A DNA stretch of 64,000 nt from Camelus ferus (GCF_009834535.1 NC_045696.1:75456001-75520000), one strand, 5' to 3'; positions 26,537 through 40,799 are shown, counted from the stretch's first letter. The notes: generated by a model from the letters alone, not told the origin. Made by a program: numbers and translations.

Positions 26537-27889
26537 TGGGGTTTACACTAAGGCTGTTTTGTGACAAAACACACTATTCTATCTGGAGATTTTTGATGTT
26601 TGATGTTCTACCTGGAAATTGGTGTTGTTATTTGCTCTCCTAGATAGAGTTGTGGCCAACATTACTAAAAAGACACACAGTTTGATATTGTGATCTCCCA
26701 AAAGGAGGTATACTATTGCCATGTTCTGATTCTGAGAGCATGGTACATCCTAAGGCACAAAAGCAAAACCAGTTTTATAGTTGCTATGCTATTACTTCTT
26801 TCTAGGATATTAAACAGGATCTCTTCTGGTTCACAAATATCATGCATTTTTCTCCTGCCTCCTTGATCATAAATAATGATACAAGACAAATGCTGCCTTC
26901 AGGTCTTTGTTGATTGAGTTATGAAATATGCCCATTACCTGAGCTTCTGGGCATCCAGGCACAGTAATCCATCTTGATCCTCTCCTTCTAACCTGTCCAG
27001 AATTTACCCATCAGTCAGTCAAATGCCTGACTAAGTGTATGTGTTTGTCTTGAAAGTGAATAGCAGTTGGAAAGTAAATGAAAAAGATTTGGACTATCCC
27101 TGTAGTTCATACTGCAGGTTTCTACCTGAGAAGAAAACATTGTTGGGGCATCTGGATGGAGTGATATAAAATAATTCAGTCAAAAACAGCTGTAAGAAGT
27201 GGGGGCAAGAAGCCCAGTAGGATGCCCATTCAGGTGGCCCAGTGGGGACTGGTGTGATGGTCTTCAGCCCTCTGCAGTGAGGAAGGGACAACTTGGGGAA
27301 AGCAAAGGAGATAAGAAAACTCAGACTAGGTTTAATGTTTTTCCCATTTATGCTTTTTTTTTTTTTTAGGTCTTATAGAAAGTAGAGCTACTGACTGCCT
27401 AACCCAATGCTGCACATTATGGTCACCATAAAGCTGGCTGAATCTGCTAAGTATCCAGCAGCACCCTATACGTTCTGGGGGAGAAGGAAAACGCCGGCTC
27501 CCAGGGAGCTGATGATCATCTGAAAGGCAGGTCACATATTTACCTTATCTAATATTGTAAATTAGTGTGGAACCGACTGCACTACAGTTGGCTGACTTGC
27601 TGTGGGGTATCAGACGGAATCTGGATTTTTTCCTAATGTGTGCTCAACCACGTCAAGTGAGGTGGAAGCCGTGAAAGGAGAATAAGACCCATCTCTGTCC
27701 CAAAGAGCTCTTAGGCCAGCTAAGTACACAAGACTTACTAGATGAAATCGCAGGTAACAAGAAAACATTGTTCAAATGAATGGTGTCTCTATGTGCTTGA
27801 GAATTTAGAATTTCAGAAAATTAAGAGGGCTGCATAAACCAGTTTAGTTGTAGGAGGCTTTGTGTAAAGTAGGGCTTGGGGTACTCATG

Positions 27890-28260
27890 AATTCATTTAT
27901 TATTCATGCATTTCCCATCCATGCAGCAAATATTATAAGCTGTATACAATGTTCCAAGTTCTGACAAAATGATGAAGAAGACAGGCGTGATTTCTACCCT
28001 TATGAAACTTACAGTCTAGTGTGAGACAAATATTAGTCATATAATTATACAGATATGAAGTTATAAACTGTAACAAGTGCCTTGAAAGAAATAGGGGGAG
28101 TATTCTGGAGAAGGAGGCAGTCAGACTGATAGTTACTCAAACATCCAAAGGATGAGTAAGAGAATCAGGCAGTGGAGGTGGGGCACAGTCCAGGTATATG
28201 ACACAGATGAGCAGATACTTGAGAGGGAGAAGGCACTGGCCATCTTCAGAAAAGCAATAA
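27890..28260 (-). mobile_element. L2 3' region
   Basis: attcatttattattcatgcatt...cccttatgaaacttacagtctagtg. Confidence 0.7.
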
Positions 28261-29878
28261 ACCATTGCTTATTATGCTTCTTATTATGGAGCATAATAAG
28301 GGGGAAATAGCACCCAGTGGGGTGAAAGATTCTTGTTTGTGACGTTTCTAGGGTCATGGTTATCTTTAAAGATCTGCTGAGACCTGTGCATCCTCTCTCC
28401 AGAAATATGTTTGTATATTCCCAAATCAGGAAGTTCACAGATTTCCATATGCCTGCTCATGAACTTTAGAGTAAGAACTCCTGTCTTAGGGACAGATGTG
28501 ATTAGAACTGACTCTCTGGAGGAAAAGGGGTTTTGGCACAAGAAAGAGACTGGGAATGAGGAGTATTTGCAGGATTGCAGGAGGCTGGGGGTTCTCACTA
28601 GGCAGGGTTTTTATCAGTCTTACTTTATCAGTCAGTTCCACTGAATGCTCTTAATTCACAAAAAGTCAAGGTGAATTATAGGGGAAGGGATATTGTCATG
28701 CTTGTGGACATCTTGAATTTGCTTACAATGCTAATGGTGGCATTTGGCCTTTAGATAATGACTTCTCTTCTCCTCCTGGCTCAGCTCTCCCTCCCAGTGC
28801 AGTCCCCATCAGCACCAGTGAGTTTATGAGGGAGGTGACGGCAGAAAAACAGACTCCACGGTGCTGATTTCCTAACTCAATGGGCTTTGAAAACATCAAC
28901 AAGAATATTAGCAAAGCTGTTGAATACAAACGCTTTCCTAATGCATTTTTAATTAGTATTTGGCCAGTTAAGTTAATCAATTTGTAAAATATGTGCAAGG
29001 AAAGGTCTATTAAAATAGAATTCATATTGATGAGGTAAACCTTGCCATAAACTTGAAACTACCAACTAGATGCTTCCTCTGATGGAGAATGTGTGCAGGT
29101 AGGAATGCAGATCCCCTGTGGAGACTATTTTCAATATTAATTATCTTGCTGTGCCTTAAATGTTTTTGTTTGGATGTTAAAAGGTTTGTGAAGATGAGAT
29201 TATTTAAATGGCAAAAATCAATTTTCCTGAACTTGGACAGTCTTTTGCAGTCAACTGTAAAAAGCCAAAGGGGGTGGAGAGAGAGAGGCTTTTTATGCAT
29301 CTTGTTTCTTCTTTTTCAAATGTGAAAACAAACTGAGTTGTTAGTACAAAGAAAAGCAGGGTGTGCATGAGAGGGAAAGCAGTGGGTATAAAACACAATT
29401 GTCTTTCTTGGGCTGACAGTGCACTGGGTGGAAGGGGAATCCAGCAGCCGTGGCCATGGCCAGAAGCCTTGTCATGAACTGTACTCCCTGAGTTCAGAAG
29501 CTTCTTAGTTTAGGTGTCAGGAGGGCTCAGGCCAAAAATGTGAGATAAAAACGTGCAGCATGACTGCTCGGAGGAGGGGTTGAAATATGCCCCAAGGAAA
29601 GGGAATGTCATCTGTCAAACTGCAAACGCCTGCCTCTTCCCCAGGGCCAATGTGTAGCTTCAGCAAAGTTTGATTTGAATTCAGCAGATGAATAAACCTG
29701 TACTCTACTGCAGGCCTGTGCTCAGCTCTGAGTTGGACCTGTCCACAAAGAGCTTCTTTTTGAGCAGAGGAGGGAAGCCTCATGCATCGATACAACTCAT
29801 ACAGAGTAGACTGTGTTATATAGGAGCCCTGATGAACAGGCCTAATGTATAGTAGACTTGCATTGCACATTTGATAAG

Positions 29879-30237
29879 TGTATTGGTCTTCCAGGGCCAC
29901 CATAACTGAAACACCACAGACTGGGTGGTTTAAACAACAGAAACTTATTTTCTCACAATTCTGGAGGCTGGAAGTTCAAGATCAAGGTGCTGGCAGTTTG
30001 GTTTCTCTGGAGGCCTCTCTCCTTGGCTTACAGATGACCACCTCCTCTGTGCGTGCATGCCCCTCTGGTGTCTCTTCCTCTTATAAAGACATTAGTCCTA
30101 TTGGAATAGGGAGCCACCCTTACCACCTCACTTAACCTTAATTACCTCCTTAAAGGCCCAGTCTCCAAGTGTAGTCACAATGGGAGTCGAAGCTTCAACA
30201 TATGAGATTTGGAGGAGACACAATTCAGTCCATTATA
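29879..30237 (-). mobile_element. MLT1A/B-like solo LTR
   Basis: tgtattggtc...accacagactgggtggtttaaacaacagaaacttattttctcacaattctggaggctggaag. Accounts for ORF 29878-30135. Confidence 0.92.
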
Positions 30238-30834
30238 GTGAATGAATGGATGACTGATTGAATGAAGAGGGGAATAAAAATATAAGTCTATAGTGCTATA
30301 AAAATAAATGGAAAGAAAAGATTAATTTAGACTTGAAGAATTAGGGACATTTCTTAGAGGATGTATGATTTTAGCTAGGTCTTGAATAATGACAAGGACA
30401 TTGATAGGACAGTCTGAGGGAGAGAAAGGAAGCTATATCTTGCAGAGGACAGAGAAGCCTTTTGTAAGAGTCTAAACTTGTAAAAAATTATCCCGTGACT
30501 CTTAAGTGTAATGCTCTCCACACAGGAGAAAGATGGTGAATCGAACAATAAAACTTCATCATATATTAAAATTGCTGAAACATGTATTTTTAGATCCATA
30601 TTACAGTAAATTGAAAGGGAAATGGGAAATAGGCATTTTCAAATATGGTGAAATGTACACATAGGCACCCAGAGAGGAGAGAAGAAGGTATAGTTAGGAA
30701 GGAAAGAGAGAATGGATCCTTCGTCCCCTGGGAGTCTGCCACCTGTGGGATCATGAAGGGAAGCAAGCACTACACTCACTTCTCACTCAATTATCTGTTC
30801 CTCAGGATGTGAAAAGGAAATAAAAATGGAGTTG

Positions 30835-31190
30835 GTATTGCTAATAGAGCTCTCTAAATGGAGCTGGGAGGCCACCGAGGAAATGTGACATGTGCATCTC
30901 AGCCTGGATGGAATCTGACCCTTTGACCACTTACTGTCCAACTGAAGGCATCCAGAACATCTTCCAGAAACTTATGGGACACTTACACTAAAACTATTCC
31001 TGATTGCCATGACTTAAGGACAAATTCTTTCTTGTGTCAGAGCACAGCCACATGGCTTTTGCCTTTACAAACCTCTGACCCTTTCTCTTCCCCGGAACAC
31101 TCTTTCTGTTTGACCCAAATCTGTGTCTCCTGAATTGTAATTATTAAGACTCCAAGTAAACTTTTGTTTTTTTTTGGTTGCCAGTGAGAA
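30835..31190 (+). mobile_element. Probable ERV solo LTR (family not assigned)
   Basis: LTR-like organisation ending gtctcctgaattgtaattattaagactccaagtaaac, a poly(A)-signal region typical of laurasiatherian ERV LTRs. Confidence 0.45.
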
Positions 31191-34100
31191 TATGAACATA
31201 ACAATTTATCTCTCTATTGGCAAACAGAGTGTTCTAGACTCTAAGTTTGAAAGATACTTTCACCTGATAATTTCGCATAAAGAGAAATTTTATTTATTGT
31301 TTTAATATTCAAATGGTTATTAGTAAACTGAATTAAGAGGCAGAAGGAAGTAATTGTAATGACTAGGGATGCAGGGAAAGATGAGATTAAGAGATGAAGG
31401 CATAACTAAAAGGAAGAATGGGGGGTGAGGGAGAAGAATCAGAAATAGGAGTTGAACAGGTTTATGGACAGACTGTTAGTCAAAGCAGGCAAATCAGTTT
31501 TGTGAATTACTCTTGCAGCTTCCCTGTTGTTTTCATGAGCTGTTGAAAGGCAACACAATGAGAATTAATACCTCTTTTAATAGAATCCACTGTTTAACCA
31601 GTGGTAATGGTTCTTTAACTTCTCTTCCTCAAACCGTAAAAAGCTCTGTTCTGAAAGGAAGAGGGACAGTAGTCCACCTGGAATAAATTTTTCTCTGGGT
31701 TTCAAAACAGAGCAATACCACCTCATATTCCAGCAGACTGATTCAGTCTTCTCCCTCCTCCAGTCACACTCAAGCAAATGACACTCTCATTATTCATGCA
31801 GCTCGTCATGGCTTGAATCCCCCTCATGGGGTGGTGGAGAGGACACAGGCTCCTCTAGAAGATAGCTTCAGAATTTCAGGTGTTCGAGGATAAGAGAGAG
31901 GGGGCAGAGTCAGGGTCCTGATGTTGCTTGAAACTTCCTTGCTGGGAAATTCCAGTGTCCCCTTCCAGACAGAACCCCTACTCCTGACCATACCTGGTTT
32001 CAAGTCATTGTTGTAGAATTCTAATCTAAGTTAAGATCCTCAGTCTTAAATCAAAGCCTGATACTTAGCCCAGAGGAGGCAGGAGACCAAAGAAATTGAT
32101 CTGGAGAGCCAGAGAGCAGTAGGAGGATGCTGCTATCTGGCATTATGTAGAATGGGGGCAGAGGCACGTACACTGGCTACCTAACATCTCTGCTTTTTAT
32201 TTTCTTTCCCCACTGCAAGCCATTGCACCACTAAAGGGATCTTTCCAGTGCCCACGGGATCATATCTTCTACTTAAAACCCAGTATCTCCCCTGTGTCCT
32301 CAGAATAATAACGTATCTTCCTGAATAACCCCTATAATCTTCTCTAGCCTCACCCTGAGTATATGCAGGCTATGGTGGGAGGCTCAGGGGCTGAATGAAT
32401 ATTTTTAAGCCTCAAGTGATACTTGGCTCCAACTTGAGCCATCTTCTTTTCCTCGCAGCTTCCTTGCATACCACTTAACCACAGGCCTCTCAAATCCTGA
32501 ACGTTATTGACCACATGTGCCATCTCCAAGAATGTTCCCCAAAATGGTACAGACACAGCTGGCTGATTCTCTCACTCAAGGGAAAGTCAGAAGATTGGAG
32601 TCTAGGTAGAAGTAACATTCAGAGCAAGCACTTGCAGCAGAAATTTCCCAACTGATTTGAAAAGGCATTATTTGTTGAAACAACAGATTTTTAGGAAGAT
32701 TGAGAAGGTTTCTCTGTTTCTATCTCCCTATAGTACAGATGTCAGCCTTTTCCCAATGAAGCTTTTCCCATCAGTGTTGCATTTTATTGAGATCACTGCT
32801 TCTCACCAGTGGGTTAGAGCCATTAGTGCTACGATTTTTAGCGATCGTGACCTCTCATTACCCAGGCTGTTTTGCCTCATGATCACATAAAGCATACGAT
32901 AATGGAACCAGTGGCATTTTAGATTCCAATACAATTCATATTTTGTTTAGCACTTTCCCCCTGTACACTTTAATTTCTGTGCATGGCTGAACTGCCTCAT
33001 TTCCACGGAAATGAAGTTAGACCCAGTGGCTGCAGGCACTTTGGTTCTAGAGGTGGTGATTCATTCCTGAGCTTCTGTGTCTTTCTACCTCCAGTGGACA
33101 AGCACATCCACAAATGCACACAGACTCTGTTGTTTCCATTATCCTTCCTAAGAGTATGTATGGAAACAAATCTTTGCTCTGCTCTATTGTTTTTAAGAAG
33201 GGCCATTAGAAGTCATAGAGCAAGTGCATCTAAGTGCATTCTGGGTGGCCATGATAACCAAAGGCTTGTTATTTTATTGATATGTCCTACTTTTGGTTGA
33301 ATACAAACACATACACACCAGAGAGACATGCAATTTCAATCATTTTTTGTAGAACTGACTGTTTCTTAATGGGTCACTTAATTGATTAGTGCATGCTTGC
33401 TGAATGAAGCAACCATTTTTTCTCCCCTGACTTCAATTGATTATCAATAAAAGTCATCATATTGGTTTGGAAGCATGGACAAAACTTTAGCTGCGTGATG
33501 AAAATACCTTTGCCTTTCTCATTGTTTTCATGGTTGCTATAAAGAGTCTTAATAAAATCTGAACAGCAGTCCTTCTGAATGAAGTTAACAGCATCATATA
33601 CTGCCTCTATGGGAAATAATTTTTGCATTTAAGTAGCATGAGAATTAGAGAACATCCTGCTGCTACCACATTTGGCGTTTCACCACAGGTAAATGCTCTG
33701 CCAGCCCTTTTAACATCTGTTGGTAAGAACTGCTCATTTCCAAAAGAACTGTAAAGAAGACTGAGGCTGCCGCTCTCTTAGCATCAGACTCGGATCTGGG
33801 TCTTTCTTATTTCATATGTTTCAGCTACTAGAACACCTGAATTTGAGGACTTTTACCTGCTTTGTCTTCCGTTTTGTCCAGCACAGACTTTATTCATTTC
33901 CTCTCTGCATTTGTTCAGTTTCCTACTCAATCCTTTTCATCTTGTCGAACTTCTTTAACTCTTAACCAAGATATATCTTCCCTTAGCCAAAACAATGCTT
34001 GGATCTTTGAATGTACTTCATCAAAAACATGAGTTCAGTGAAGTGTGAGGAACTCTAGTTCAAACCACTGAGAGGAAGGGTTTTGGGTAAATTTCTGGAA

Positions 34101-35019
34101 GATGAAATGTGGGTGGGACAGCTTGCTGGATAAATGGGTGTGGGAAGCCAAAGTTGAGAGCACACACAGGAAGGGAAAGTTTGTAATAGAGGTAAGAACC
34201 CCTTCTCAAGGGATGGCTCCCCCCAAAAGACAATGTGAGGATTTGAAGGAGGGTGGTAGAAATCAAGTTGATTGCTTGGGAATCTGTTTCCTAAATGGCC
34301 ACCTGAGAGAGCCTTCTGACCAAGGCATTTTGCCTGTCTGTTGACACATAAGCATTTCATCTGAAAGAAGTAGAGAGGCCTACATGAGAGGTGGAGTGCC
34401 TCAAAGAATCCTTCAGGGGTTTTGTCTTTGGGGTTCTCCAGCCGGCCTGCCTCTGATCTACTTGTGCACACAGTGGAAACCTGCCAGCCAGCAGAGCTTC
34501 CCTGTGGTCTCTCCCTCAGGGTAGAGGAGAGAACTTCATCTCTAGGGTGGAGACAGAAAGGGGCTCTCTTGGATTAGTGACGGAAGATGTGCATCTAAGA
34601 TGGGTTTGGAAGAGACGCTGAATCTGGAGATGCAGAAATGGGTGGGGAGAATGAAAACGCAGTTCAGCCAGCTGGAGAGCACAGTGGTGAAAGACAGGGA
34701 CATGGGGTCGGATGTTCAGAACTTAGAAAAGTTTTCAGTTATAAGAGAGCAGCTGGCTTAAAACTCATTACTATTTTTTTAAAACAGTGGAACTTTTGTA
34801 TATAAGATTAAAATATAATAGATTTATACATTAAATGTAATATAACTATTAAATACAAATATAAATTTTAATAAATATAATGGAATTAGGGGCAGGGGCT
34901 TACCTCTTCAGCATCTCCTTCCCCACTGTTAGCCCCTGACATGGATTCTATAGCATTTCCATAAACACTAGGGTTCCAAAAATGTATATAATTTGAAATC
35001 TACTGGACCAGACTGCAAA

Positions 35020-35520
35020 GTACCTATGAGGAGGAGTGAAAGAATGTTGGAAGGGTGAGTTAGGGCATTTACTTACAAGGCTTTGATTGGTCATATAAAA
35101 AATTTATTCTGGAGACCCTGGAGAACCTTGGACATTTAAAAACATAAGAACTTGGAAATAAATTATACATATATATATTTGAGGAAGGTTGAACTTTCAG
35201 TGTGACATGGGACACATCAGAACGGTGATGCTGAAAGTGAGCAGTGCAGGCTGGGGACTGGAGAGGTTCCAGGTGAGAACCTGAGGCAGGATGGTGGAAG
35301 CAGGAAGGTAAAACATGGGGTGGTGTGAGACATGGAAGTGGTAGGACTTGGGTGCAGTGTGTGGGCGGGGGTGGAGGTAGGAAGAAGCAGAAGTCAAAGA
35401 TGCCCTCTAGGTTGTGAGTCAGGAGACTGTGTTAAAAAGGATGCCATTAGTAGAGACAGGAAATACAACCCAAAGGGAAAAGCAGCAGGTTGGAGAAAGA
35501 GGATGATTTGCTGAGAGAAT
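35020..35520 (-). mobile_element. L2 internal fragment
   Basis: Purine-rich reversed L2 (gatgccattagtagagacaggaaatac...agaggatgatttg). Confidence 0.65.
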
Positions 35521-36729
35521 TTAAGGTGCAGACCTCAGAGTCCAAATTACTTAGAGATCACAAGGGAAGCTAAAAACACATTGATGGGCTGAGAAATGCA
35601 TTTAGAAAGATGAAGTTAACAAAAGAAAGAGAGAGAGGAAACTTACTTTAACATGCATGAAAAAAAGAACACCCTCAGTTCAATAAGAGGGTCCAGTAGG
35701 GAAATATCTCCTTTATAAACTTCCTTTGCAATTCCAGTTTGAATCCTTTTGGCTTTGAGACCTTCCCAAGAAGCCCACCTGCAGGACACTGGGTGTCAGA
35801 GATCAGCTGAGGGAATGCCCCGTTGTGTGAGTGTTAAAGAGAGCTATCCCAGCAGGACTTGTTTCTGAGGCGGAGGGAGGGGAAAGTGTTGCATGGATGG
35901 GCAGGGCTGCTGCCTCTGTCTGGATCGGAAGCCCAGGGAGCAATTCAAGAGCAGACTGCTTCTCTGACACCTCCCAGAGCCTGCCTTCTGAAATGGTTCT
36001 CTAAATTGTATGGCCTGCCAACTTCCTGATAACTGTCTTAAAACACCTGGAATTGAAGGTTAAAAGTCACAAACAAAACCCTTTCTGTTGCCATAGCAAG
36101 TGATCATCATTAGTCAAGCTATTCAGGGGACAATGAAATCCCCTCTCCTGTCTGCAGGTGCTTTGGCTGGACTCCCTTTGTCTTTGCCTGGCCGCCCTGG
36201 TGAAGGGGGCTCAGCCGGATGGTCTCTTTTTTAGGTCTCCTCGCAGTCTCCCTACCACCGCGGGGACTGCTGCTAAGGGCTGGCACTCCTGCGTGAGCCT
36301 GCCTGGGGGCCCTGGCAGGTTGGAGAAGCTCTGGCCTGGCCAGCCTCGCCTCCTGGCCCCTGACCAGGCGAGGTGGGGAAGGCGCACCTAGGCCTTTTGT
36401 TTCCTCTCTTCTGCTAACCGACAGGGACATGGGCTGCATTTCTTTTGCTTCCTTTGGAAGAGCTTTGGGATTAAGGATCCCATATAAATGGAAATTATCT
36501 TATTGAAAGTAGAAAGTGCAGGTATGCATGAGATGGAGAGGAAAATTTCACATAGGCTTTTGGTGTTATTTCATATACTCTTTCGTTTGTGTGTGCAGGA
36601 TAGGTGATGAAAAGGGATCCTGCTTTCTTATTGGCACTGTCCTGGATCCATGCCTGTAGCACTTCATTCCTGGGTTACTTCCACAATTCCCTAGCTGGCC
36701 ACCTCCGGTCTCTCTCTATCACACTACTT

Positions 36730-37490
36730 AAAATACCCTGCAGGACACTGCCATATACCTGGATAAAGGCTAACATGAAAAAGACAACACCAAGATTGGT
36801 GAGGTTGTAGAGCAACTGGACCTTTATATAGACTGCTGGCAGGAGTGTGAATCGAAATAGAGCTTGGGCAAACGTTTAGCAGTATCTTCTTGAGTTGAAC
36901 ATGACATTCCCTTTGACCCGGCAGGTGAACTCCTACTATATGCAACAGAAATGAACACACAAACTCACCAAAAGACTTACGAGATGTTCGTAACAACATT
37001 GCTAATAGCCCTAATCTGGAAATCACCCAAATGTCTGTCTCAACATTGCAAGTGATAAACTGTGGTATATTAGTACAATGGGATACTGTATAGCAAGAAG
37101 AGTGATTGAACCGCAGTTCTACCACAGCATGGATGGCTCTCACGAACACAATAGCAAAGGAAGTGAGACATGAGAGCACATGTACCATAGTGTTCCAGTC
37201 ATATGAAGTCCAAAAACAGACAGAATTAATCAGTAGCATTAGAATTCAGGGTAGCAGTTACCTTTGGTGGGTGGGGGGCACTGTCAGTGACAGGAAGGAA
37301 GAATGACGGGGTCTTCCAGGGAGCTGGCAGTGCTGTATTTCTTGACCTGATTACTGGTTACTTGGTTACTGGTTAATGCTTACTGGTTACTGGTACTCTG
37401 TTGCATGGCTTTGTGAAATTCTACCAATGTACACTTATTCTGTATTCTGAAGTCTATCTATATTATACTTCAACAAAATTTACAAAATGA
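36730..37490 (+). mobile_element. Old L1M (L1MC/ME-like) ORF2 end and 3' UTR, inserted in an L2
   Basis: ttggtgaggttgtagagcaactgga, aaatcacccaaatgtc, cagcatggatggctctcac and ttatacttcaacaaaa. Accounts for antisense ORF 36724-37239. Confidence 0.88.
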
Positions 37491-37494
37491 AACT

Positions 37495-37920
37495 CCTGCT
37501 GTTTTGATCTTATCACCTCCTGCACGGAAACCTCAAATTGTTCTCCACAGCTTTCAAGTTAAAGTTTAAATTCCTTAGCTCCCAATATGAGCTTTTCACA
37601 ATCTGTCCCCATGTATTTCTCCAGCCCTGTCTTCTACCCATTCCTGCTAAGTGCCTTACACTGGGTTTTTTTCAACCCATTAGTCTTCCATGCACTTGTA
37701 TATCTTTAAGATTTTACTCACGTTTTCCCCTTTCCTTGGAAAATGTGTCCATATTTGTTCACTTGATCACCCAGCTCACATAAAAAATGTCACTTCCTTT
37801 AAGAAACTTTTCCTGACTTACCTGGACAGACATATTTGCTTCTCCTGTGCTCACATTGCTATTAAAAGCACACCTGCCTAGTTCAGAGTAAACCCCCATA
37901 TGTATTTGTTAAATTAATGA
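37495..37920 (+). mobile_element. L2 3' region (continuation of about 36630-36720)
   Basis: gatcttatcacctcctgc...aatgtcacttcctttaagaaacttttcctgact...tatttgttaaattaatga. Confidence 0.7.
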
Positions 37921-40799
37921 TTTCGTGGTGAGCAGGGCAACCTAAAATAATGGGATTCATATATCTAAGAACCTTGTGTCGTGGATAGATGCACACACTG
38001 TCACTAGGAATTACGGGCTTTACTGTTTCTCATTCTGTTCCCTTAATGCTGTTGCCCCTCACCTCGCAAAGGAAGAACATCTCTGTGGACTTCAAAGCTT
38101 TTTATGTGGCTGCATTATTTACCAGTGCTATCTCTTAATAGTTCTGGTATCAGCTGCAGACCAAAGATAATTTCATTTTGCACTTATCTTTTGGGGGGAT
38201 GGGAGGAAATAAGGAAGATACATGTATTTGTTTATTTCCAGTTAAAATACTATTTTAATCTACAGAGTATGAGCAAGAATAAAATAGGGTCAAATTATGC
38301 CATGTTCTTAGGACGCCTACTTCTTGGACCACTTGTCAGTATTTTACCTGCATCTTGGGAGAAGTTTCTAGATGTCAAGATTTCATTTCTGCAGATTTAG
38401 GTCTCTGCATATTAATTTGATCACATTGTATGGCCTAGAAATAATCTCCCAGTGTTCTAGCCAGTTATTGTATTAGGAATAGATACGTACTAGGAGATTA
38501 ATATTGGCTTGTGAGAATTCATCCTTATATGAAACTACATGAGTGTACATGTGGAGGGAAAGAGAAAAAGTAGACTACATGAAAATTTGTTTATGAGCCT
38601 CCAGGGCTGTAATAGAGAATCAAAAACAAGTGAATAAAAACTCACACTAATTTAAGTGGACAACTTTTGGGTATTTTTTTTTCCTTTTCCTTTTATATAT
38701 ACCAATTCAAATCCTTACACTTTCTCCAGCCTCTGCAATTACAGTTGCTTAATTCTCTGTCTACCCTAGAGATATGAATGAGCTAAAAAGAGACTTTCTA
38801 ATCAGCTCTTATAATTATGCAGTCAGATGGAAAATACTGATAACCAAGTCTTATTCTTAGTTATGAATTTTGCATATTTGGAGGTAGATGGGTGGGCTGC
38901 AACACAGAGTAGCGCATGCCTGGATCTGGGATGTGCCAGTGACCCTCCTGGGCAGGCATCCAACAAGCCTTGGTTTTCACAGGCAATCTTAAAATATTAA
39001 AAGAAAAATAATTCACTTGGGTTTGTGTAAGTGTTTTTCGTATTGTTTATACTTATTTTTAAGTGCCATCAGATCACTTCCATGCATTTAAGGCCATTGT
39101 GCAACCTGAAGCAGGATGTGGTGAAACCACTTCCCTAAGCAGCAACACAGGGATAAGGAAGCAGCTCATAGCTGGTTGGCATCGGAGCAGAGCTTGACTC
39201 AAATCCTGGGCTTTGACTGTGGCTTATCTTGCTCTCCTTGACCCACTTTCACTCTTCCCATAGCATCCTGCTGCCTTACAAAACTCATAGGTATTAGATA
39301 AAATACATCCCCTCTGAATATAGATTATTGTAAAGAGGTTGGATGCCTCAGTCTCCTATGTACCAATACAAAGTAAAAGACCTCCTCTTCTCCTCCTCCT
39401 CCCGTGGCTGGTAGAATTGGCTGCTGGGATGATGGCACACAGATGGGCTCTCCTAGCCTGTCCCCAAGGCCCTAAGCACACTCCCAGGGGGCCTCCAGAA
39501 CTAACCACATTAACCACTTCAACCAGGCAGCATTTTACCCAAGTACTTCACGAGAGACCTTCCCCGACCTCAGCTGTAATTCACCTGTTACAAGGGGAGT
39601 TGCTTGAGGAAGAGAAGAAAGCACGGACCTGATCACCCCAGAGACCTGGGTTCCAGTTCCACATCTGCCATTTGTTCTTGCCTCTTGGAGTCTGAGGCAT
39701 GCTTTGAATGGACATTCCTTATGGGTTATTTGGAGATTGAGTGGCATTCATGCAAATTTTCCTGGCATGTAGTTAAAAACTCAGAACTACTTTAAGTTGT
39801 GTCCACAAAGGCTTACGGATTTCGGACCTCGTACGGTTTAAAGGCCCTCACGTTGTTAGTGACTCAGATTGTGCTGGGGCAACGAGTCCAGCCTTTCATA
39901 TCCACTCCATTGAGCCTCGTCACGGTGCCTGGTCTTTCCAGTTAGACATTTTGTCCAGTGTATCTAATTATGTGCCAGATCTTCCCCACCTAGAAAAATG
40001 GTTTTTACTCACTTTTCAATTTATGACATTGGCCATTTAAAAAAACATTGGGAAAGGTTTGGGGCTCTGGGAGGGTAGGGCCTGAGCCCGTTTTTCCCTT
40101 GTACTTGCCGGGCATAGTGGATGAATGAAGGAATGAATGATTGGGTCAGAACATGCTGGTAATTCTCTCCAGCTTCATCATCTAAATCGAATGGAAGCCA
40201 CGACGTCGCGTCCTGCTGTCAGCAGGCCCCTGACATCGTCCTCACACTGTAAAGGGCAGGGCACCCATTTTGGGTGTCAGAGTTCCAAGTTCATGTATTG
40301 GGTCTGCCACTGACTCACAGTGTGACTCTGGACAATTAAAATTAACTTTGAAATTGAGGAGGAGGGATGATATTTATCACGGTGGGGGGTGGGTCAACCA
40401 ATTAATTTGTATGGCATACTATTTCATAGAAGTAAGTGGGTAATGAGTATGGTCATTAAAGCAAATTAGTTAATATTTCAAAAGTGAAAGCAAGACTACT
40501 GCATGAATGAAATCTGAGATTCAGAATTTTTAGGGTGAAGAGCAGCATGAGGGGCATGATGACCAGCAACGCGTGACTTCAACCAGACAGCACAAAGCTC
40601 TGAGAAGCTTATGTTGCTTAGAACGAGAGCATTACTACTATTCACTGAATCCAGGTTAAAACCTGCATAGACACACCGGCTCTAGGTGCCATATACTTCT
40701 CTCTCTTTTTTTCTCTCTCACTCTCTCCAGTTGTTCCTAAGCATGATTTTTGTGTTTCTGAAGTTTTCATGAGCTTTCTCAAAAACATAAGAGTTCAGA

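Noticed and set aside
36120..36440. GC-rich patch with ORFs on both strands, possible promoter
   Set aside because: Few CpGs and only about 300 bp. ORFs are expected in GC-rich sequence.
36724..37239. Longest ORF (171 aa, minus strand)
   Set aside because: Antisense reading of an old L1 3' region. No gene features.
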